A DNA stretch of 64,000 bases from Octopus sinensis (lineage: Eukaryota): assembly GCF_006345805.1 (NCBI RefSeq), contig NC_043001.1, forward strand, positions 23,064,001 through 23,128,000, in the 5' to 3' direction. Made by a program: the position numbers and the translations under genes. Numbering within the stretch: the stretch's first letter is position 1; each line of letters starts with the position of its first letter. Below, in pieces: positions 14,201-26,055 of the stretch. The notes under the pieces were generated by a model. The model did no database searches. It saw nothing but the letters and a program-made list of their open reading frames with translations, and had not been told where the DNA came from.

Positions 14201-15006
14201 ACCACTAAAATTGCAAAATACCCAAACACAACCCCTGTTATGGACAGCATTATTGTATACCATGGTAAATATTTCAGTTTCAATTTTACTGTAAAATACC
14301 TGGAAAAGCAATAAATGAAAACTCATTAAATCATCATTATCATCATCATTTAACGTCCATGTTCCATGCTAGCATGGGTAGGACTAGAAATGAAAATCAT
14401 TTTGTGGTTTGTTTTGTGTGGGCTTTTGTTTGTGTTTTTAATTGTTGAGTGTGGTGGAAAGGGCAGTGTCCCTGGCCTTCACAGGTCCTTCTATTATAAA
14501 TCAGTGGTTCTCAAGTGGGGTCCACATGACCCATTGGGGTCTACATAAGATTTTGTTGCTAAAATTATGTGCAATAAATTGATTATACTTCTACAATAAA
14601 CAAAATATTTCAACAATTTTTTAATATAATTCTTAATATTATTTAATTATAAAAATGCAATAAGATTTTTTAAAACTTCAAATGGTTATGAGGGTCCATC
14701 AAAATAAAATAGGAATGAAAAAGGTCCATAGGTAAAAAATGCTTGAGAACCACTGTTCTATAGCAATGAAACTAAAACCATTAATGTTTGCATTGAAACA
14801 AATCCAGAGAGCCAATGTGTATTTGGATGGATCAGACCGAATTTGTTGAGGCAGAATTTTCTACAAACAGACGCCTTTTCTATGGCCAGCTCTCACCTGT
14901 TTCTAGGCTAGGTAATATTTCCTATGGTCAGATATGTTATTCCAAAGAAGACTGGAAATGAACAGTATTGCATGACGATGATGTTTGACAAAGGTACACA
15001 CACACA

Positions 15007-15037
<31 letters not shown>

Positions 15038-16929
15038 TGGAGGATGTCTTTCAGTTTCTGTCAGCCAAATCCACTCACAAGATTTTGATTGGCTCAGAGC
15101 TATAGACACTTGCCCAAGGTGCAGACAGTGGGACTGAACTCAAGACACATGGTTGGAAAGCAAGCTTCTTAACCACACAGCCATGTTTGCACCTATTATA
15201 AATATTTTCTGGGTAGTAAAGTTATATTTTGGAATATTTCAACCTAATTTACATTTCCTTAAACAATTCCAGATGTGAAAGGTTCCTTTGAGAATATAAC
15301 TCAGAAAATATACAAATATGATTTTATTCTGTTGATCTGTACTTCAAATTGTTGTCTTTTGTAATCTAGTGGTAGTTGGTTAAAACAGGATGAAGTCTCA
15401 TAAAATGCACTGCTACTGAGAACAATAATCTCATTTATGAACCACCCCACTCTACACCCAACCTTCAACCCTACCTGATCTTTACAGATGTTGCCTAACT
15501 CCCTTTCCCTTTTCTATTCCCCCATCTCTTGCTCCACTCCTACACTCCTACAAACCACCCATCCACACTCATATTTCTTTGGTCCCCAGTCCTACTCACT
15601 TAGTACCTTTGTGCCTTGAGGAGCCACCAGAACATCTCATCACCACTATTTATTTTTTAGCAGCTTGTATTGATAGTTTTCACCCTTTTTTCTCAATATA
15701 AATAACTATATAGTTCCTCCAAAGCAAGAAACTGCTTTGTGCACTCTCTCATACTTTAAACCATTATCTCCTAGTATAAAACCAATCTCCCACCCCTCAG
15801 GGTTTATAGTCTTTCAAGCAGCATGGTGATCCTAATAAAGCTGGTGACTTGTAAAAAGCATCCAGTACATGCTGTAAAGTGGTTGGTTTTAGGAAGGGCA
15901 TCCAGCCATAAAAACCAAGCTAAGCAGACACTGGAGCTCGTCAGATTTTGACAAACTGCCCAGGAACATGGAGATTAAATGATGATGATGATGATAGCAT
16001 CAGTAGATACAGAGAAAGAAAAAAAGAAAATTTAGAAAAATGATGATGAGCCCTAACAATGGCATAATGCTGAGAATTCTGCAAAGATTATTATACTTCA
16101 CTTGGGATAAAAGTGAAATATGGACAAAATTAAATCCTGAAGGGTATTTAAGGTAGTGCTTCATCATCATAATATTGTTAACAATAGTGGTTATGTTGAT
16201 ACTTATCTTTTGTTGTTCTCATACAGGATTCTTTAACTTAGCAGTATGTTTGTTTAACATACAGAAAAAAACTAAAATTTGACCTCAAATGTATTCAGAC
16301 TAAGTGATCTAAGGATTATCGCTATTTTCTCTAGTATTTCAGTTATTGTTCCTTAATCTTTTGTGTTCTACCTTATATAAATGGGTTACCCCTAAAGTCC
16401 ATCACTCAGTTGTTGCTCACATTTATTGTGTATATGCAAATCAGATATGCAACTTACACTCAGAAATTTACGCACCATAGCTGATGGCAGAAAAGAAGCA
16501 AAGGCATATTAGATGCACCACATTTTCAACAGCAAATACTAAGGAAAATATTTTTAGTACATTAAAGCTTTTGGGAGACCCAACATTATCATGTAATGCC
16601 TTACTTTTCCATCTGTTATGCAGCTCTGAGATTCCATTTGATTTGGTTTGTGCTTTTGTTTGTTTTGTTGTCACAATAGTTTCTTCTGTTCCATCAAGTT
16701 GTGTTTCAGTCTCAGTGATTTTTTAAATATATTTCTTTGCACCTTCTGATATTGGGTGTAGATTCTTAGAACTTTCATACTTGTAGACAAGTTTAAGCAC
16801 CCAGTCATCGGTGTTCTTTAGATGGGCATCTACTCCTATAATTACTGACTTAAGAGACTGTTGCAGCTGCATCAGACCACATCCTCCATCCTGCTGTGGG
16901 ATGACTACTACTACTACTACTACTACTAT

Positions 16930-16963
<34 letters not shown>

Positions 16964-17638
16964 GTTACTGCTACAGCTGCTACTACTACTACTACTTCGC
17001 TAGTGCATGTTAATTTAGTTAGAAGTTATTTTATCTTGAGGTTTAGTAACAAGTCTCCTCAAATCTTGAGAATCTTCCTTAGAATTATTGCAGAAGATAG
17101 GATGGTACGTTTCTGCAGGTCAACAATGTGAGTTTTAATATCATCATCATCATCATCATCATCACCACCACTGCCGTCACCGCTGCTGCCACCACCATCA
17201 TCACCATCGTCCACAGCCAGCAGACTAAAGTGACACTTATTTACTGGTGATGCTTCAAGAACCCTGCAAAGATTCTTGCAGTTCCAAGCAATGCTGATTT
17301 ATGTAGGTGTTCTGCCTTCACACTTGCACCAGTCTTTTTCAGGTATAATCCCACGTCATGGTACTACGTACAAGTGGCTTCTGCTGTTGCCCCGGGCTAA
17401 CCAATGTCTTGAGAGTGGATTTGGCAGATGGAAACTGAAAAAAGTCCATCATATATATATTCTTTTATTTGTTTCAATCATTTGGCTGTGGCCATGCTGG
17501 AACACTACTTTTTACTGGACAAATTTGTTAGCCTAGTACTTATTCTATCATTCATTTTTGCCAAACTGCTAAGTTACAGGGATGTAAACACACCAATATC
17601 GGTTGTCAAGAGATAGTAGGGAGACAAACACAGATGCA

Positions 17639-17687
<49 letters not shown>

Positions 17688-18002
17688 TTTTATATATATA
17701 CAACAGGCGTCTTTCAGTTTCTGTCTACCAAATCCACTCACAAGGCTTTGGTTGGCCTGAGGCTATAGTACAAATGTGACAAGGCTAGCCCCTGGAAATA
17801 CAGGTACTAATCATTTTTGCCAGCTGAATGGACCGGAGTAATGTGAAATATAATGTCTTGCTCAAAGAAACAATGTGCTGCTAGGAATCAAACTTGTGAC
17901 CCTACAATCGCGAGCTGAATTCCCTAACCACTAGGCCATGCACGATATATATATATATATATATATACATATCATCATCATCATCATCACATATATATAT
18001 AT

Positions 18003-18060
<58 letters not shown>

Positions 18061-21000
18061 ATATATATATACGTATATATAAATATATAAATATATATAT
18101 ATATATACTGGTGTCACATAAATGTACCCATAAAAACTCTCAGAGTGGTTGGCATTAGGAAGGGCATCCAACCATAGAAAACCATGGCAAATCAGACTAG
18201 ATTCTGGTGCAGCATTCCAGCGTGCAAGCCCAGTCAAATAGTCCAACCCATGCCAGCATGGGCAATGGACATTAAATGATGATGATGGCCCAGTGGTTAA
18301 GGTGTTGCACTCATGAGCGAAAGATCCATGGGTGTGATTGCAAAACAGGGAAGTGCATTATGTTTTTCAGCAAAACACTTCATCTCACATTGCTCTGCAA
18401 TTTCTTTGATACATATGCACAGCACACTATGCACCTGTACAGGTAATGTCAGTTTGATGGAGGAAGTGAGCTAATTTATAACAACAAACTTTTGATCACT
18501 ATAAACAAATTATCTGTGCAGGTTATTCAGCAAGGAACTGCAGAACTGCCTTCCTGAATCTGAGAGACAAACAGTGTTTGTGCATGTGTGTGTGTGTGCG
18601 CACGCATGCGTATGTGCATGTGTCTGTCTATCTGTCTCCTTGTCTTGACATTGCAAGATAGTTAAAGACAAGCAGAGTCCTTCGTTTCTAGTCTTCCATG
18701 AAAACAAGTTCAGGCATGGGGAAATATCTTGCTTGGGAACAGGAAAGGGTTGAGTGACAGAAGGGTATCTGGCCATAGAAAATCTACCTCAACAAATTAC
18801 ATCTGACCTACACGAGCACAAACTAGACATTAAATCAATGATGATAACAATGAAGATGAATCATCTGCATGCAGCATTTCCTGATAGATACAAAATAAAT
18901 TGACCTTCAAGGCCATCAGAGAGGTAAATGACTGGTTTGGCTTTACAAATGTAAATGGCTGAAGAGAATCCATAATTAACAGATTAAAAGATTTTGATTA
19001 AATATTTAATAATTTGAGTTGCTAAACAAAAAAGTTTAATAAATTTGTAAGTATGGTACCAAGTATGTGTTGTACTGTAATGATGATACAGGTATAATCA
19101 AATGTACCTTCAAACTAATTCCCTACAATTAAATTTTTCTTGGAGTTGAATCAAACAGCATTAAAAACGTATAATTTAGAGAGAAATTAGTCTAATATTT
19201 ATTTTTGTGATAACTGTGAAGTTACAGAGAGGGCATTCTTTCTATAACAAAAATAAAATAATAGAAATAACTATCAGAAATAAATAGTGACAATTCAACA
19301 TTAGTTTTTATATCAAATATGCATATTTTGATGGTTTTAGACACAGATTAGTGAAATAATTATATCTTTACAGTTATATCTATCTTTGAACATTACTCTT
19401 CTTAAACCCAAGCTCCATTAAACAAATCTTAATCCTATAATATCATAGCTTTCTTAGACAATCTGCAAGCATCAACCACTAACTAAAGATATTTTAGCTC
19501 AGTTTTCACCTCCTATTCTTATTACACCATTGTATTTATTACTTGAGATTTTCCTTAAAATTTGCTCATTCAAAGTTATTGTCTAGGTGCTGGTGTAGCT
19601 GTGTGGTAAGAAATTTGCTTCCCAACCACATGGCTCCAGGTTCATTCCCACTGAGTAGCACTTTGGGCAAGTGTCTTCTACTATAGCCCTAAGCCAACCG
19701 AAGCCTTGTGAGTGGATTTGGAAGATGGAAACTGAAAAAATCCCTTCATATACATGTGCATATATGTTTGTCCCACCACAGACAAAAGAGAGTAGGAAAA
19801 TATGTACCAGAGAACCATGTAAAAAGCACTCCTGTCAGCACCATGTAAAAAGCACCTATTCAGCAGCATGTACAAGTTGACTTTGGCAGTATTTGAACTC
19901 AGAATGTAAAAAAAACACAGAAAATGTCACCAAGCATCTTGTCTGGTGCAGTAACTATTCTGCCCGCTTGCTACTCTATTACATAACATAATGATGAAGA
20001 TAATTTCTGGTTTTTCAGAATTACTACCAGCTCACAAAAGAAATTTGAAAATAACCTCAATATATATGAACATTCTTTGTGGCTGTCTTTTAATACATTC
20101 TCATCTTTCAGAGCAGCAAATGTCAGAATTATACTTTAATCAGTCTTTAATCACGTATGGGAAGCACTCTGTCGGTTACGACGATGAGGGTTCCGGTTGA
20201 TCCGAATCAACGGAACAGCCTGCTCGTGAAATTAACGTGTAAGTGGCTGAGCACTCCACAGACACGTGTACCCTTAACGTAGTTCTCGGGGATATTCAGC
20301 GTGACACAGAGAGTGATAAGGCCGGCCCTTTGAAATACAGGTACAACAGAAACAGGAAGTAAGAGTGAGAGAAAGTTGTGGTGAAAGAGTACAGCAGGGA
20401 TCACCACCATCCCCTGCCGGAGCCTCGTGGAGCTTTAGGTGTTTTCGCTCAATAAACACTCACAACGCCCGGTCTGGGAATCGAAACCACGATCCTATGA
20501 CCGCGAGTCCGCTGCCCTAACCACTGGGCCATTGCGCATCCGTCTTAATCACGTATATACACTGTTAGAAGGTATGAAGCTGAGGAATTGTCTGAGATAA
20601 AATCTCTTAACAGGCTTGTTACATTAAAATCACAATTTATATAGGAATGAGATGAATATCATCACTGCAGTAACTCACCAGAACTACAAACACATTTCAT
20701 CGTTGTTGAGCTTTGTCAATGCTAGGTACCTGTTTAATTAGACACGCATACACACATGCATATAGGGGCAGGTGTGGTTGTGTGGTAAGAAGCTTGCTTC
20801 CTGCGCATGTGTTGGTCAGTGTTTTCTTTGCACTGCTAGGAGTCATGTCACTGTACACCAGCGTTATGAATTATTGAACAAGTGAAGCACAACTACCAGG
20901 TAAGACATTTGTTTTTTGGGGGTGATTTAGTGAGAGTTTGTTGCTCGTGTTCTTTTTATTTTGTCGAACAAGAAATCTCCACTGAGTTCCTGGCAAATTG

Positions 21001-24000
21001 TCTACCTGTAGTTGTGATTAGAAGTCTCACTTAGCAGTGAGAAGTGTGTTTTGGGAGCATATCCCTCCTCCTATAATTGTGCTTATTTTTTACCAATTTT
21101 TGGTGGAATTGTTGTGTGACTGTTTTGTACCCTGGGTTACCAAGAGGATTACCAAGTTAGCCAGGAGTACCAGGACAGCCAGAAAAATAGTTTGCTGTGT
21201 TTTTGAACTGTTTCTTGTCTTCTTCCTTCCTTCCTGCATTTTTGTTTCTTTTTGACTCTGTGAACTTTTGTTTTTTGTGAACTTTTTTCCAAAAAAAACA
21301 TAGCAAAAAAGACAAACAACACTGTGTTGGAGTGGGGGATTGTCCCACCCAAGCAGTGGATGAAAGACTTTGAAGAGAGGAAGGTGGTGTTAAGGACTTA
21401 CTTAAAGTTGCTCGACACCATCACCCTCTTCCAAAAGACTCAAATTGAAAAAGAGTTGGCAGAGTATTTGCCAACTATTAAATTCATCTCCAGCGGGGTA
21501 AAATATGCAACAGTGTGATTGCTAAATTTGACACCCCTGAGGAGGCTCGCAAATTTGCAAGTCATCCCTTAGAGGGCAAAGAGATTTTGGTTCTTCCCAT
21601 GTACTGTGGGAAGGAGTTGACAAGAGCTTGGGTCTGCAGGTTGCCACCTCGGATAGAACTCGAGTGGATAGAAGACAATATCCACCAGGGTAAAGGTGGC
21701 AGCGGATCCAAGCTGCTTAATGCTAAAATTTTGCCAGCGGCTTATTGGGTTGGGTCAAAAGCTATTTTGACCCTGTGGACCCAATCAGCCAAAAATCTGG
21801 TTTTTCCAGATTTTTTGAAAATGGCCGGTTGCAGATATCCAGTGATACTTGAGGTACACTCTCCCAAGTGTCACCTGTGCCTGGAACCAGGCCACATTAA
21901 AAAGAACTGTTCTCAGCACCATAGTAGGGTCCCGGAACAGTTGGTTGGAGAGAAATTGACCCCTCCCCATTCGGAGGGAGAGATGGAGACGGTCAAGGAG
22001 GTGGAAACCTCCTCAAAAAAGGGCCATAAAAGGAACAAGGTGGGTAACAATGGTTGCCCCCTGAAGGATCCGAAGGTTATGGGAGGGAAGGAAACCTTCT
22101 GGACAAAATGGAAGAACTCCACCCTCCCGTAGCTTAAGGAAAAAAAAAAGAAAAAGAAAAACAGGACATTGGTGCCGGTTAGTAACACACTGCTGGCATG
22201 TCCTGAAACCCCATCAGTGGGAATTGTGCCACTGACGGAAGAAACTGTGGCCCCTTCCTATGCAAGGGGCGAGGAATTTATAATCCTCCTTCACAAGGGA
22301 GGGGCTTAGGAGAACTTCGTAAACAAGTTAACAAAAAAAAGGCCGGAGGGAAGGGGTTTTATCTTGTACTGAAGACCCTGATTTGCCTCTGCAGGTGGCT
22401 GCAGAGGTCATAGGGGAAACCAACTTGTGCAGGGTAATGAATTCCTTCCCCGAGGATATATTTAAATTCACGCTAAAGTGGCCTGACTCGGCACCTTCCA
22501 GGTGCTTCAATGAGGCAGTGTGTTTAGTCAGGCATGGAAGTAAGAAGCTTTAACGCTTTGAGTTGTAAAAAAAGGTAAGAGGCTTAGTGCCTCATTTTTG
22601 TAAGGACTTGGAGTCCATTTGTGAAAAATGTAAGAGGCTTAGTGTCCCAATGAACTATAGTAAGAGGTTTATAACCTCAATTGGTTTTATAAAAGAGAAA
22701 AAAAAGAACAATGTTCTCGAGAAGCATCGATTGGCAGGCATCGCCTGCCTCTCTCATCAATATCATTATTATTTTGCTCATCGTTCACTTCATTTGTATT
22801 GTTGTCCAGCCCACACTTGCTTCTATCTATGTAATGTCTTTATGGCAAATTTGATGAAATAAAGAAGCTTGCTTCCCAACCATATGGTTCTAGGTTCAGT
22901 CCTACTGCATGGCATCTTGAGTAAGTGTCTCCTGGGGCAGAAACTGAAAGAAGCCTGTCACACACACACTTCCGCTAATATAATTGGAAACAAATTTGTT
23001 ACTCACCAATTAAAATCATTTGAATCATTCTCAACCACAAGCCAGAAGTACAAGAAGAAAGTCATATAGATAAAAGTAATCAGGAGAATTACTAGTATGA
23101 TTAAGTCTTTCTGCAACAAAGACAAAATAGTAACATTGTGATTAGTACTTAAATGAATGGTAACAGCACAAAATTGGAAGCTGACTGAAAGTTTACTCTT
23201 TACAATAAAACAATTACAGAATCAATATTAAATTAATTATATTAAAATATTTTAAAAATTATAGGCAGGAACCAATAACATGCATGGGATAACTTTCAGA
23301 TATAATTCTTCTAAACAACAACAACAAATGTAAATCATTTCAGAAGGAAAGAAAATTGATTTTATTATATTGATTTATAACAGGCACATGGCCACACATT
23401 TTGGAGGGAGGAACAGACCATCATTTCAACCCCAGTGGTTGTAAGGAAATTGTTTTATCAAATCCTGAATGATGAAAGACATATTTACTCTCAGTGAGAT
23501 TTAGGCTCAAAATGTAAAGAAGCATAACTATGTTACTTACCTGTGTGCAAATTGCACCCCTAATTTAGTGTTAAACCTTGGTACAAAGGTTGCATAGAGT
23601 ATTAGTTTTAGCTTTGCCCCACGAATAAGTAGGACCCCAGTTTTTCTAGTATAAAATAGTGCAAATTATATATGGGTAAATACAATAATTACTACATGGC
23701 ATTTTACCCAGTATTCTATTGATTTTTATAATATATTCATTACTAACATTGACAGGAAGCCTCATATTTTGGAGGAAAGGTTATCATCACTTAAATCAAC
23801 TGCAGTACTTATCTGCTAGTCTATTTTATAAAACCTGAAAGAAAGACAAAGTTAGCCTCAGTAAAATTTGAGCACCGGATGTAGAGAGATACAACTAAAT
23901 ATCACACACACATATTATATATACTTTTATATATGTATATATTTCTAAATATATCTCTGACTTTCTGTGCAAAACAAATTTGTATAGCAACATGAGTAAT

Positions 24001-25401
24001 AAAAATTATAATCCATTTTAATATCTATTCTCCTCAATTTACATAAATATGAATGAATTTGTTGAACTGTGTTTAATAAGTTAAATCATATACTTAATAT
24101 AAACATATATATATAGTCATCAAAGGATACATAAGTCAGAAAAAAACAAGTATATCTTAATAGAGTTAGTATATTAATATATACAGTATTATAGATTCAT
24201 TTTCATACCAGCTCTTCCGATGAGCACTGTCTGAGGCTAACATCTTTCAATAATATTGTATAGTATAGATATGAATATATACTGTTATATTTGGGGATGA
24301 TCCTTTTGCTGATAAACATACATGCTATTTATTTGATCTTTACTGTAGCTTTGCTATTATTATTATCATTATTAGTTTATTTGTCAGAGTTCTTTCATCA
24401 CACTTACAGTAACTTCTTCAATGACTATCTGTTCTTCATGTCTCTTCTTCTCTCTGGTCTTGTCCCGTTTATCCCATTTTATCTTTTGTTATATGTATCC
24501 TTATTTGCACAAATGTTTGCATCTGCATCAGTGTGTGTGTGTAAGTATGTGTGTGTGTGTGTCTGTGTGCACACATCTATGTTTGCTGTGCAAATGTGTA
24601 TCTTGTGTACATGTATACGGCTTTGAATATTACACTGTAACTGTGTCATTTTACTTCTTGTTCAGTCTTCAGTTGTTAGATTGCAGGGTATTGAAGCTCA
24701 ATCTATTTTCTATTATGTGTGTAGCCTCTGTAATCTGCCTGAGTGTTGTGTCTGTTTGATGTGTCAATAAGATCCTAACATCTATGTTATCTATCAAGCC
24801 TCATGTTATAGTTTAGCATACTGGTATGGCACAGACAAGCTTTTCTCTCCTCCTTCAGTTCCTGTCAAGCTTGTATGAGTTTCAACACATGACTCTACAT
24901 CAAGAATCTAGGATGTGCATGTGTGTGTCTCTATTTTTATTTTTTCCTTTTTCCAATCATTAGATTGGGGCCATGCTGGGGCACCACCTTGAAGAATTTT
25001 AATCGAATGTATTGACCCCAGTAATTATTACTTTTTTTGTGTGTGATATTTACTCTATCATTTTCTTTTACTAAACTGTTAAGTTACGAGGGATGTAAAA
25101 CACATCAACACTGGTTGTCAAGCAGTGGTGGAGGATATACACAAACATGCACACACACACACGCACACACACACACGCACACACACACACACACGCACAC
25201 ACATGCACACACACACACACACACACAATACAACAAGCTTCTTTCAGTTTCCGCCTACCAAATCCATTATCCACTCACAAGGCTTTGATTGGCCCAAGGT
25301 TATAATAGAAGACACCTGCCCAATGGGCCACACGATGAGACCCAGAACCATGTGGTTGGGAAGCAAACCTCTTACCACACAGCTATACCGGCACCTATGT
25401 A

Positions 25402-25433
<32 letters not shown>

Positions 25434-26024
25434 AATAGGAGGACAGTTTTTCTTTCAAATGTGATTATTTTTTTTTAAAGCAAAACTATCTTTATGTTTG
25501 TTTGTTAGTTTGTTTTAAGGGCTTTTCATGTTTCCTTCTTAGTTCTTTGTTTGGTTTGAAACAATATCCTTCCTAAATTCATTAGTCTGACATCTGAAGA
25601 TTTAATCAATCTCATTTTCAGAATCTATTGGACATGTCTTACAGTAACAACTAGCTTGAATCAACAAGCAAATATGGGAAGTGTTTAAATGCAAGAAAGA
25701 GGACAGCGGTTTGGAAACCCACTCCCAGATATATTAGTCTCCACTTGCAGTCCACATGCCTTGTACTTTGAAATGGAAATATAACAGGTTACATATCAGA
25801 TTCATTTGAAAGTGGAACATATTATTAATCCACGATAAATGGATAATAAGCAGGATTTGAGACATTAACCTTCTGGGTCAAAATTTTCACTGAAAGGAAA
25901 AGGATTAATTTTACTACTACTACTACTACTACTACTACTACCAGCACCAACACCAGCATCACCACCACCACCACTACTACTGCAACTGCTGCTGCTACTA
26001 CTACTACTGATAATAATAATAATA

Positions 26025-26055
<31 letters not shown>

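Larger units (their letters stand above)
1..19740 (+). repeat. Segmental/tandem duplication, copy A (partner 41893-61985)
   Basis: Direct repeat with offset 41,892 at the left edge. Multi-kb near-identical blocks are interrupted by diverged islands. Confidence 0.97.

Noticed and set aside
16468-16674. Hydrophobic ORF with a phase-2 donor as candidate GDPD exon 2
   Set aside because: The upstream frame is an R4/Dong LINE fragment with a stop. The true exon 2 (YFW...NDFNW) is at 23007-23110.
16811-17131. Poly-Thr mucin-like ORF (duplicate 59064-59384)
   Set aside because: Antisense reading of a LINE (TAG)n tail.
20465-20541. Possible tRNA gene
   Set aside because: tRNA-like head of a TSD-flanked SINE with no proper acceptor stem.
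20679-20683. 5-nt microexon candidate tag|TTCTG|gtgagt
   Set aside because: Phase is incompatible once exon 2 at 23007-23110 is used; no supporting evidence.
23541-23645. Pseudo-exon with a CAG|GTAAGT donor on the minus strand
   Set aside because: Lies in a degenerate MITE-like inverted repeat, has no GDPD similarity and is not needed for the frame.
24291-24759. Hydrophobic ORFs resembling membrane proteins
   Set aside because: T-rich low-complexity intron plus GT repeats.
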